Source: Candidatus Melainabacteria bacterium 17Bon1m
GTDB lineage: Bacteria; Cyanobacteriota; Vampirovibrionia; Obscuribacterales; Obscuribacteraceae
Direction: 5' to 3'
NCBI GenBank assembly: GCA_032128875.1
Contig: JAVLKG010000007.1
Location: 256,001 to 320,000, forward strand
Length of the DNA stretch: 64,000 nucleotides
Of this stretch, positions 39,702 through 48,435 are shown piece by piece. Position numbers and translations under genes: made by a program. How positions within the stretch are numbered: the stretch's first letter is position 1; each line of letters starts with the position of its first letter. A model generated the notes under the pieces. That model saw nothing but the letters and a program-made list of their open reading frames with translations, searched no databases and was not told the DNA's origin.

Positions 39702-40176
39702 ACGGCAACCACGCATTCACTCTAAGAGGAAAGTAGTTCACCAAAGATCAAATAGAGATCTAGATCTGCGGATTCGCAGATCGGCAGATCCGCAGAATTT
39801 GACGGACCGACCTAGGTCATGTCCAGTTGAAGTCAGGCACGCGACAAATAATAAGAGGGTCGAGAAATCGACCCTTTTGCATTGAGATTTAACGACTTCA
39901 AAATCTCATGTCGAGAAAATGCCAAAACAAAATGCGAAAGTTAAAACATCGCACAATTGCTGCTAAACCCCAACTGGTTGGGAGTTTGCTCCAATTGCCC
40001 GCAAGTTTTCCGAAGGAACACGTAAGCCAGGAGAAAGCGTTGAAAGCCACCAAAGTTCGCACATTTAACCGAAAAGTGGGATTTTCACGTATTAACACTC
40101 CCGCAAAATTTCCATACCATAGGTTCCTAAGGACCGCTCTTGCGGATTTCCATCCCCCATCACCTTCGAGAAAAAT

Positions 40177-42360
40177 ATGACTGAAAATGCACCCGCGGTA
40201 CGCCATACCGCGAGAACCCACTTTGCGGGTTTTAGATCAGGTGGAGATAGCTCTCTGGGCTCCAGTAGCGCTGGAAGCGATTCTACAGGTTCGGTAAGTG
40301 CCGAAGTCGGTGGCGAATTGACGTCCCTCACGGGCAACCGTCGCTTTGGTCTTCGCAGCAGCGAGAAGGTGGCCAAGGCCGAAACAACTCCAGTCCGCGA
40401 CTGGCGCACCAACAATCTTTTGGCCGAACAAATCGGCGGTGACATGACACTCACGCCGCTTAACGGCGAATACAATTCAATCTACTCGGCGGCAAACCAG
40501 CTCGGCAAAAGAAAAGCTGGGGATCAAGCGACAGCGCAAACAAGCGATCGCGCGGAGCCGAATCTATACGCATTCAACGGCGCCAAGACCGAAGGTAAAT
40601 TCGATCCGAAGAAGTCGGTAGCAGAGCTGCTTACTGATGCTTCCCTTCAAGGCAAGTTGCGCATCGCCGACCAAGTAGCAAATCCGAACGACGCTGCAAG
40701 AATTGCCGATAGGCTCGGACCTGGCGACAAGCCAAACATCAAGGTTGTCTATCAAGATCATTCAGACAACAACCCTAATAAGCCGCAAGCTGATTTCATC
40801 GTCAAGAAAGATGGAACCATTCAGGTCGTCAACGATCATGAAAGAAATCCCGACAAAGAAATCTGCGTTGTTGTTGAACGCGCCAAGGGTGAAACCGACG
40901 CACCGCCGGCAGCACAGCAAAAAGCAACCGACGAACTGGTCGATTACCTTGCGCAAAGACTGACCGACAAATTCCCCTACCCGCAAGGTGTAGGACCTGA
41001 TGGTAAGCCGCTTGCGCAGGTGCCAATCGAAGACAAACAAAATCTTGTTTCAGACAATCTCGAGAAAAAATTCGGCAATGGCAACAAGCCTGAGGCGCCA
41101 AGCTTGCCTCAAGCTCCCGATATGCCGCAGCCCGCACGTGATATGTCTGATGCGATGAATCGTACCGCAGGCAGTGGTGGCAGCCGCAATTTTGATCGCG
41201 GGGCCGTCGATAACAACTACCCGCAACGCGATGTTCCGCAGGCAGTCAATGAATCTAATGCGGTCAATTCAGTGAAGAACGCGGTTGCTTCAGTGTTCCG
41301 CGGAGAGAACGATACTGTTAGAAAACGCAGCGATGGACGTCACCAAGTCGGGCGATACGGCATGAGTTCTGGGCACTTTGGTGGCTGGCTCGGCGACTTG
41401 CTTGGCTTGGATCTCGGTGATCCGCCGGATATGGCTAAACTGCGCGAATTGCTGAAGAATAATCCAGAACTGCGTCAAAAACTTGCTGCGGCAATGAAGA
41501 AAGCACAGCAGGGTGGGCAAGACGGAAAGGGCACCAAGTTGCCTGAAGGATTTGCAGACAAATTCCAAGTCGGTGCCGACGGCAATTTCAAAGATCAGAA
41601 ATTTGTCGATGGCTTCATGAACTTCGGCGACAAGCTATCCGGCACGAAGGGCGACATCACGAGCGCTGAAGTCAATCAGTTCATGCCGAAAGAACTTCAA
41701 GATATCATGGCGACGGATCGCGTCGAGAAGTACGCTCGCGACATGGGTGTTCAAGACCCGAGCAAAATGACCAAAGAGCAAGCCGGCGTTGTTGGCGTCG
41801 CTATGTACCTTGGTCGCATGCCGAATCAACAAGAAATGCAAGATCCTTCGTACCAAAAATACGCTTCGGATTTCGCGAACATGTATCAGATGGACCGCGC
41901 ACGGGCAACCGGTTTGGGCGACGTCAACGTGTCCGATGCCAACGGCAAAATCACTGCTTTGGCAAATGGCATGGTCGGTCAAAGACTGTGGGCTCAGACC
42001 AAGTACCGCAATTCTGTCGAAGGTGGCAACCTGGGTTGCGCCGCGTCCGTGTCGAAGGTTTTGCAAGATGCAGGATTCAGCTACGCTGACTCTGCCGGCG
42101 TTAACGACCTGGCTGCAAAACTGCAAAGACACGGTTGGCAGCGTGTTTCTGTCAATCAAGCTCAACCGGGCGACGTTATCTACGGTATGAGCGGTGCACG
42201 CCACGGTCACATCGGTATTGTCGGACCAAATGGCATTGCTTACAACAACAGCTCAAGAACCGGTCAGTGGACGGCAGGCACAGTGAGCGGGACATTCACC
42301 CGCAGATTTGGCGGCGCCACCACCGTGCTTCGTCCGCCAGATGCCAACCGCGCTGCATAA
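40177..42360 (+). CDS. Multidomain protein with C-terminal NlpC/P60-superfamily peptidoglycan hydrolase
   Basis: LGCAASVSKVL, PGDVI, HGHIGIV; start uncertain. Confidence 0.75.
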   Translation: MTENAPAVRHTARTHFAGFRSGGDSSLGSSSAGSDSTGSVSAEVGGELTSLTGNRRFGLRSSEKVAKAETTPVRDWRTNNLLAEQIGGDMTLTPLNGEYNSIYSAANQLGKRKAGDQATAQTSDRAEPNLYAFNGAKTEGKFDPKKSVAELLTDASLQGKLRIADQVANPNDAARIADRLGPGDKPNIKVVYQDHSDNNPNKPQADFIVKKDGTIQVVNDHERNPDKEICVVVERAKGETDAPPAAQQKATDELVDYLAQRLTDKFPYPQGVGPDGKPLAQVPIEDKQNLVSDNLEKKFGNGNKPEAPSLPQAPDMPQPARDMSDAMNRTAGSGGSRNFDRGAVDNNYPQRDVPQAVNESNAVNSVKNAVASVFRGENDTVRKRSDGRHQVGRYGMSSGHFGGWLGDLLGLDLGDPPDMAKLRELLKNNPELRQKLAAAMKKAQQGGQDGKGTKLPEGFADKFQVGADGNFKDQKFVDGFMNFGDKLSGTKGDITSAEVNQFMPKELQDIMATDRVEKYARDMGVQDPSKMTKEQAGVVGVAMYLGRMPNQQEMQDPSYQKYASDFANMYQMDRARATGLGDVNVSDANGKITALANGMVGQRLWAQTKYRNSVEGGNLGCAASVSKVLQDAGFSYADSAGVNDLAAKLQRHGWQRVSVNQAQPGDVIYGMSGARHGHIGIVGPNGIAYNNSSRTGQWTAGTVSGTFTRRFGGATTVLRPPDANRAA

Positions 42361-42458
42361 GCGACAGGTAGCATTCTCCGCCAATCGCGAAACTGCTGGA
42401 TCGAATTTCCGAGCTGTCGCATAACCGAGCGGTTGCATGACTGCAAATCAAAACCATC

Positions 42459-42640
42459 CATGTACTCCGAAAAAAACTGGTTTTTCGGAGTACATGCTTT
42501 TGTGAGATTGGGCGCTGGTAAGGCTTTTGGTAATCGGCTTTTTTGAGCGCGCCCGCATAGATTTTTGGATTGTCAGCCTGTGGGCGTCTTAGGCTCGCGC
42601 ATCCACTCCGAAAAACCGGGATTTTTCGGAGTGGATGCGC
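42459..42640. repeat. Pair of related long palindromes
   Basis: 42459-42496 and 42597-42640 share the ACTCCGAAAAA..TTTTTCGGAGT core. Confidence 0.85.
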
Positions 42641-42692
42641 ATATCTAAATCCAGAGGGCATAAGTTAACTAAGCTGCTTGGGGTGACCCAAA

Positions 42693-43682
42693 ATGGTTTC
42701 TGAAAAACTTACAGAGTATTCGGTAAACGTAATGGCGTTGGCGCGCATGGAAGCCGAACGCACCGGCAGCGCGAGTGTTGATGTTGAACATATTTTTTTG
42801 GGTCTGCTAGGCGAGGCGTATGGTGTTGCGTCTGAGGTGTTGCGCAAGAATGGACTTCAATTGCACGGTGTTCGAGAGCAAATGTGCGAACAAACAAAAG
42901 AAGAACGTTTGGCTCAAAAAGGCAATTATTCTTTCAGCATTAAAGCTGCGAAAATCCTCAATTCTGCGCTTGAATTTGCGGTTCAAATGGAGAATGAAAA
43001 CATAGACACAGAGCACCTCTTGCTTGCTGTTCTTGCGGAAAAGAATTGGAAAGTTCAGAGAATATTTGACGACTTTGGGGTTGACGCAAATAGGTTGCGC
43101 AGTGATGTTGGGAAGGTTGTGCATGAGCGAGAGTTGAATCCGGCATCCGCTGAGGATGCTGGTTTTGAAGAAGCGCCTCGCAAGAAGAGAGCAATATCTC
43201 CGACCGCGGAGTATTCTTGGCCTTCTACAACGCCGATGTTCTCTCACTTTAATGACTCTGCGATTAAAGTGGTTATGAGGGCGCAAGAAGAAGCAAGGCG
43301 CCTCGGCCACAATTTTGTTGGTACGGAGCAGCTATTGCTTGGTGTTATACCGGACAATGGTTTAGCGGGTAAAGTATTTCGAGATTTAGGCATCACCCTT
43401 ATTGCTGCTCGTCGTGAAGTTGAGAAAATCATCGGACACGGTTCTGGTTTTGTTGCTGTAGAAATACCTTTCACTCCGCGTGCCAAGGGGCTTTTGGTCG
43501 GTGCAATAGACGAAGCTCGCAGTCGTGGTTCTGAAATAATCGGAGCAGAACATATTTTGCTGTCGTTACTCGCCGAGGAAAATTGTGTTAGTACTCATGT
43601 CTTGCAAAATCTAGATGTGGACGCTGGAAAAGCCCGTGGAAACTTGCACAATGCTATGCGACGACCTGTTGTGGATGAGTGA
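42693..43682 (+). CDS. Clp N-terminal-domain-only protein (2 N-domains)
   Basis: [43 protein letters not shown]; no Walker A/B. Confidence 0.9.
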   Translation: MVSEKLTEYSVNVMALARMEAERTGSASVDVEHIFLGLLGEAYGVASEVLRKNGLQLHGVREQMCEQTKEERLAQKGNYSFSIKAAKILNSALEFAVQMENENIDTEHLLLAVLAEKNWKVQRIFDDFGVDANRLRSDVGKVVHERELNPASAEDAGFEEAPRKKRAISPTAEYSWPSTTPMFSHFNDSAIKVVMRAQEEARRLGHNFVGTEQLLLGVIPDNGLAGKVFRDLGITLIAARREVEKIIGHGSGFVAVEIPFTPRAKGLLVGAIDEARSRGSEIIGAEHILLSLLAEENCVSTHVLQNLDVDAGKARGNLHNAMRRPVVDE

Positions 43683-44526
43683 CTCAATGTTCGATAAATT
43701 CAGCAAGGATGCAATTAAAGTGGTCATGCAAGCGCTTGATGAGGCGCGCGTGTTTAAGCACAAAGAAGTAGGATCAGAGCATCTGCTTCTGGGTGTTTTC
43801 GCCTTTTGTGGCGATTCTATTTCGAAGGGTTTTCCGTACCTGGAAGGTGTCGATCTCGATCAACTGCGTGATGCAGTTAGAAATGTGAATCCGAAGGGCT
43901 CCAAAGCTAGCCCCGCCGAGCTTCCATTTAGTGACGAAGCCAAGGAGATACTCGTAAGTGCTTATCAAAAGTCTGGTCACAGCTTGATTTACTCACGACA
44001 CATTTTACTTTCGATGCTTGATAAGCAGAATAGTGTTGGAGTAAAGGTTCTCGAAATGCTTGGCGTTGACCTGGCTCCAGGAGCCGGGGGAAGCGAAGAC
44101 GAGCAGTCCGCAGCTGTCCTTAAATGTGCTCGGGAGGAGGCTCGAAGACTCGGACACAATTTTGTAGGTACTGAGCAGATTTTGCTCGGATTGATACTTT
44201 GCAGGGGAAGTGTCGGCGCGGTTTTAAGTAGGTTTGGAATTGAGGTTGGGTGGGCTCGACAAGAAGTCGAAAAGATCATTGGTCGCGGCTCTGGTTTTGT
44301 GTCCGTCGAAATTCCATTCACTCCGCGAGCCAGGAAAGTGCTGGAATTTGCCTGGGATGAGGCTCGTCAACTAGGACACAATTACATTGGAAATGAACAT
44401 TTGATGCTTGGGATTCTTCGTGATGATACCAGCGTTGCGGCTCAGATTTTGAAAGCGGCTCAAGTCAACACCGAGGAATTAAGAGCTGCTATCCTTGCTC
44501 TTTTCGATCAGCCAGAGGAAGCGTGA
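43675..44526 (+). CDS. Clp N-terminal-domain-only protein (2 N-domains)
   Basis: [53 protein letters not shown]; start overlaps the previous stop (43687 is an alternative). Confidence 0.9.
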   Translation: MSDSMFDKFSKDAIKVVMQALDEARVFKHKEVGSEHLLLGVFAFCGDSISKGFPYLEGVDLDQLRDAVRNVNPKGSKASPAELPFSDEAKEILVSAYQKSGHSLIYSRHILLSMLDKQNSVGVKVLEMLGVDLAPGAGGSEDEQSAAVLKCAREEARRLGHNFVGTEQILLGLILCRGSVGAVLSRFGIEVGWARQEVEKIIGRGSGFVSVEIPFTPRARKVLEFAWDEARQLGHNYIGNEHLMLGILRDDTSVAAQILKAAQVNTEELRAAILALFDQPEEA

Positions 44527-44535
44527 GGCGATTCC

Positions 44536-45444
44536 GTGTTCGATAAATTTAGCAAGGATGCAATCAAAGTGATTATGCAAGCGCAGGAAGAAGCGCGCAT
44601 GCTGAAACAGCAAGAAGTAGGTTGCGAGCATTTGCTACTGGGAGCTTTTGCTTCTGAAGTGGATTGTTTGCCTGTAGAGTCTGCCAACTCTCGTGACGGT
44701 ACCCTAGAGAAACTTAGGGCTTCGTTTTCGCAACGAGTGAAGAAGGGCGCCAAGCCTAGCCCGAAAGAATTACCGTTTGACGATGATGCAAAGCGCGTGC
44801 TAGTCAGTGCGTATCAAATTTCAGGGCACAAAACGATTTGTGCAAGTCACATTTTTCTGGCGCTGTTTGATTTTCCAGCAATACTGAATGTCTTTCGCGA
44901 TACGAAAATTGACGCGAACGAGTTGCGCTACGCCCTGGTTTATCAAACGCAATTCCACGGGGGGCTGCAAGTTGTTGATGGTTCCTCTGTTTCGCAGCAA
45001 GAAGCCATGGAGCTCTGTCGAGATATCTCAGATGTGATTAGCTTTGCAGTTGCTGAAAGACATAATTTCAAGCAGAAGCATTTGAGTTCTGAGCTCCTTT
45101 TGCTTGGACTTATTCATGCTGGTGGCATGCCCGCTAAAATTTTGGAGAACGCTGGAGTTACGCTGGATTCGGCGCGCGAGCATTTTGTGAAACTGATTGG
45201 TGAAGCTGCTGAACCAGCAGTGGTGGAAGTAAAACTGCAGTTTACTCCGCGTGCCAAGAAGCTATTGCACAATGCCAAGGAAGAAGCGTTTCAGTTGGGA
45301 CAGGATAAACTGAAAGGACTGCACCTTTTGCTCGGATTCACCCATGAGCAAGATGGTGTTGCTTGGCAAGTCTTGCGAGAAAATGGCGTAGATTTAGCAG
45401 CATTGCGAGCGTCTGTGCTAGCTTTATTTGAGGAGACACGTTAG
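44536..45444 (+). CDS. Clp N-terminal-domain-only protein (2 N-domains)
   Basis: [38 protein letters not shown]. Confidence 0.88.
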   Translation: MFDKFSKDAIKVIMQAQEEARMLKQQEVGCEHLLLGAFASEVDCLPVESANSRDGTLEKLRASFSQRVKKGAKPSPKELPFDDDAKRVLVSAYQISGHKTICASHIFLALFDFPAILNVFRDTKIDANELRYALVYQTQFHGGLQVVDGSSVSQQEAMELCRDISDVISFAVAERHNFKQKHLSSELLLLGLIHAGGMPAKILENAGVTLDSAREHFVKLIGEAAEPAVVEVKLQFTPRAKKLLHNAKEEAFQLGQDKLKGLHLLLGFTHEQDGVAWQVLRENGVDLAALRASVLALFEETR

Positions 45445-45455
45445 GGATTTCGCTG

Positions 45456-45905
45456 GTGTTAAAAAACTACACTGAAAGAGCTACATACTCGATTCGGCGG
45501 GCTGAGGAAGAGTCGCGTAAGATGCGACATAACTACATCGGCACTGGCATGATTCTTCTTGGAATTTTGGAAGAAGGCGGCGCGGCAAGTCGGCTACTCA
45601 ATAGTTTTGGTATTACCTACGCGGCTGCACATGAAGAGCTTGAAGCGCTCATTGGGCGAGGCTCTGGTAATCTCGCGGCTGACATTCCGTTTTCACCAAA
45701 TGCGCAAGAGGCACTGGCATTTGCGCGCAAAGAAGCAGAGTCTCGAGAGATAAAAGATGTCGCTGTTCCGCATCTGCTTTATGCGTTGCTGCATGGTAAA
45801 GATACAATGGCTATGCGCGTTTTCGATGTGATGGGAATCAACTTTGATGTGATCAGAAAAAAGGTTGCTGAAGAACTCGATAAGAATTACGGCTCGCGAA
45901 ATTAG
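45456..45905 (+). CDS. Clp N-terminal-domain-only protein (1 N-domain)
   Basis: YTERA, HNYIGT, IGRGSG, IPFSPNA, HLLYALL. Confidence 0.88.
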   Translation: MLKNYTERATYSIRRAEEESRKMRHNYIGTGMILLGILEEGGAASRLLNSFGITYAAAHEELEALIGRGSGNLAADIPFSPNAQEALAFARKEAESREIKDVAVPHLLYALLHGKDTMAMRVFDVMGINFDVIRKKVAEELDKNYGSRN

Positions 45906-45925
45906 TTCGTTCGCGACTTCTTATT

Positions 45926-46195
45926 CTATTTCTTCCGGTCGAACTCTTGATAGGCTGCGCTGTCATTACGGTTTCCGACGACTGTGACATACAGCACAGA
46001 CGAATCAAATCGATAGATAATGCGAAATTCTCCAACGTCTTTCCGGAAATGTTTGCCGTTTCCCATTGATATTGAATCAGTGGGACGTGGTTCATCGCAC
46101 AACTCAGTAATTGCTTTTAGTATCTGCAAAAACTGTTTGTTGTCGCGCTTTTTCAAGAAACGCATTGCGTCATTTGTTAGGTCTGGTTTTAGCAT
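45926..46195 (-). CDS. RelE/ParE family toxin
   Basis: 89 aa; PRP..S, FRKDVGEFRIIY, VGNR; overlaps the antitoxin. Confidence 0.88.
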   Translation of the reverse strand: MLKPDLTNDAMRFLKKRDNKQFLQILKAITELCDEPRPTDSISMGNGKHFRKDVGEFRIIYRFDSSVLYVTVVGNRNDSAAYQEFDRKK

Positions 46196-46442
46196 CGCGA
46201 GTCAGTTTTTCCTTGATGAAACTGGCAGTCGCTTCGGTACCAATGTAACCAGTCTTTTCTGCTACTTCGATTCGTGCCAACCAATAGTCGTTTTCAAGCT
46301 GCATCAGATGCTCGTAATCGGCCTGAGCGATCATAACTGCAACAGGGCGGCCATTTTTCTCGATTGAGATTGGCTCCTTTTGTGCCGCGGCAATCGCTTC
46401 ACTCGTTTTGTTTTTTAGTTCTGTTGCGGTGATTCGTTTCAT
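46170..46442 (-). CDS. Phd/YefM family antitoxin
   Basis: ITATELKNK, PISIEKNGRPVAVMI. Confidence 0.9.
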   Translation of the reverse strand: MKRITATELKNKTSEAIAAAQKEPISIEKNGRPVAVMIAQADYEHLMQLENDYWLARIEVAEKTGYIGTEATASFIKEKLTRDAKTRPNK

Positions 46443-46482
46443 TTAAGTCGGACTATCAAGTTGCCTGTTGTGTATATATTGT

Positions 46483-46513
46483 CTATTTTGTTCAAAATAG
46501 CTATTTATGTCAA
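46483..46513 (-). promoter_or_regulatory. TA promoter with overlapping palindromic operator
   Basis: Minus strand TTGACA-17 nt-CAAAAT; CTATTTTG-TT-CAAAATAG palindrome at 46483-46500. Confidence 0.55.
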
Positions 46514-46578
46514 ATTTATTGCACCGCCTGACTTTTGGGGTTTAACCTGGATACTAAGCGTGATAGTAATACGAGGGG

Positions 46579-46625
46579 CAAAAAAAGAGGTGTCGCGTGT
46601 AGATTGCTCCACAAACGACACCCCT
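46579..46625 (-). terminator. Rho-independent terminator of the icd operon
   Basis: Minus strand GGGGTGTCG...CGACACCTC followed by TTTTTTT. Confidence 0.75.
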
Positions 46626-46729
46626 TTGCCAGGTTTGGCTGAAACTCCATCAACCTGACGCTTCATGTGGTTAGTCTAAAGCGATGCGTCAGGTTGACGT
46701 GTCAGCGTGCCGAGGGCTCAGCTTGAGCT

Positions 46730-47083
46730 TTAGCCAGCATTCGCGTCCAGCTCGGCGATGAGGCGCTCGAGCTTTTCGACGCGTTTGCAAGCGGCGGTAT
46801 ACGCACCCTGCGCGGCCGCATAGCGGACGCGATAGGGATTGTGCCGATAGCCCCATTTGAAGCTCGAGTAGAGCCTCGTCATGTGGGCGCGGTGCTCGCG
46901 AGCGACTGCGCGATCGGTCTTCGCCTTGATGAGTGCCTCGCGCCGTTCGGCGGAGTTCATCGCACGGAAGCGAGCCGTTTCGGCTTCGTCAGCCTTGCGG
47001 TACTCGCGTTCGAGGTAGAAGTGAAAACCGACCAGCGCCGCTACAGGGAGCAGCGCGGCGGCGATGATGAAGATTGTGGTCAT
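46730..47083 (-). CDS. Single-TM hypothetical protein
   Basis: GGGAG SD; N-terminal TM; helical basic tail. Confidence 0.7.
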   Translation of the reverse strand: MTTIFIIAAALLPVAALVGFHFYLEREYRKADEAETARFRAMNSAERREALIKAKTDRAVAREHRAHMTRLYSSFKWGYRHNPYRVRYAAAQGAYTAACKRVEKLERLIAELDANAG

Positions 47084-47099
47084 GTTGTTATGCTCCCGT

Positions 47100-47678
47100 T
47101 CAGAGTGTGAGTTCGTAGCAATTGAGCACGCGCTTGCGACCCTTGTACGTTCCGACCTGCTTGAAGCCGAAGCGAGGGTAGTAGGCGTTGCTGCGCATGC
47201 CGATTGGTGTCTTGAGCGCGACTTTCTCCATGCCGCGTTTACGCGACGCGGTAATCAGTTCGGTGAGGAGAAAGCTGCCGATGCCGCTGCTCTGCATGTC
47301 TTCGGCAACGCCGATTTCATGAAGAGTGGTGGCACCATCTTGGCGGTGGTAGGCGCGCAAGAAGGCGACGATGCGCCCGTCTGCGTCGACCACCACGCGA
47401 ATGCGGTGTTGCGATTTCTCGCCGTCGGCGTTTTGATTTTTCACCGCGTCTTCGACCACCACCCTCGGCAGATAGCCGAAGGATGCGCGATTGTTCTTGC
47501 TGTTGATGATCTTGCGGATGCCGACGTAGTCTTCGACCTGGGCGTCACGCACCGTCAACTTCGTCGAGATTGTCTTCGAAGCGTTAGTTGCGCCTGTCCG
47601 GATCGTCGTCGGCAGCTTGCTGCGATGGGCGATGCAGGAAGGCCCACCAGCAAGAAGTCCGAGTTTTGATTTCGCCAT
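47100..47678 (-). CDS. GNAT family N-acetyltransferase
   Basis: EIGVAEDMQSSGIGSFLL motif A; SNAYYPRFGF motif B; AGGAG SD. Confidence 0.88.
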   Translation of the reverse strand: MAKSKLGLLAGGPSCIAHRSKLPTTIRTGATNASKTISTKLTVRDAQVEDYVGIRKIINSKNNRASFGYLPRVVVEDAVKNQNADGEKSQHRIRVVVDADGRIVAFLRAYHRQDGATTLHEIGVAEDMQSSGIGSFLLTELITASRKRGMEKVALKTPIGMRSNAYYPRFGFKQVGTYKGRKRVLNCYELTL

Positions 47679-47693
47679 TGTCGTCTCCTCTGG

Positions 47694-48332
47694 TTAGCCT
47701 TCGAGCGCCGCTGCGAGCATGCGGTCGTAGGTGACGCGCCGTTCGTAGTCCGTCTTGGGCGGGTTGTAGGGCAGCGCATCCGTGTAGATACGGGCGAAGT
47801 CGCCGGCTTGCGCCTTGCGAATTCGAGCGTTCCACACCTTGATGAGCTGGGCGGCGCAGGCGTCGGGCAGCGGTTCGCGGCGAGTGCGAAACTTGCTGGC
47901 GAAGCGACCCATCCAGCCGTTGCGGCGGACGTTCTCGAAGATTTGAACAATCTCGGGCACGTCGCTCACGCCGGCGGTGCTGATGATGAAGGGCGCCTTC
48001 TCATAGCGGAACGGCATGGTGCTGCCGTTTGCGCCGGGGGCGTCGGAATTTTGTGCGACTTGCCAGCGAATCTCGCTGCGATCGGAGTAGGGAAACGGTG
48101 TCACCGGCGGTGTCAGGTAAACCAGCTTGAAGCCGGCGTCACCACCCTGGACAAACGCGATGCGAGCGCCTTTCAGCTCGTGCACCTTCTTGGGGTGCAT
48201 GAGGTTGGTCTTGTGGCATCCGGTCAAACCGAAGCTGCCGAATTCCCAAAAGGGATCCGAGCGCATCTCGGTGGGGCGCTCCATGTGCGGCTGCCGGAGC
48301 AGCGCGACGAGCACTGTCTGCTTCTTGGGCAT
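47694..48332 (-). CDS. Uncharacterised protein (RSDPFWEFGSFGLTGCH motif)
   Basis: GGAGAG SD; GC3-rich; operon position. Confidence 0.75.
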   Translation of the reverse strand: MPKKQTVLVALLRQPHMERPTEMRSDPFWEFGSFGLTGCHKTNLMHPKKVHELKGARIAFVQGGDAGFKLVYLTPPVTPFPYSDRSEIRWQVAQNSDAPGANGSTMPFRYEKAPFIISTAGVSDVPEIVQIFENVRRNGWMGRFASKFRTRREPLPDACAAQLIKVWNARIRKAQAGDFARIYTDALPYNPPKTDYERRVTYDRMLAAALEG

Positions 48333-48435
48333 GTTTCTCTCCATGAGTTTGTTATGAAAGGAGAGCCACCGCGACTTAACGCGATGGCTCTCGGTTACTT
48401 AGACAAACCGCACAGAGAGGCGCTCTGCGCGATTA

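Noticed and set aside
42693-45905. Fragmented clpC/clpB pseudogene
   Set aside because: No AAA+ motifs in the listed ORFs; each gene is an intact set of N-domains with its own start and stop.
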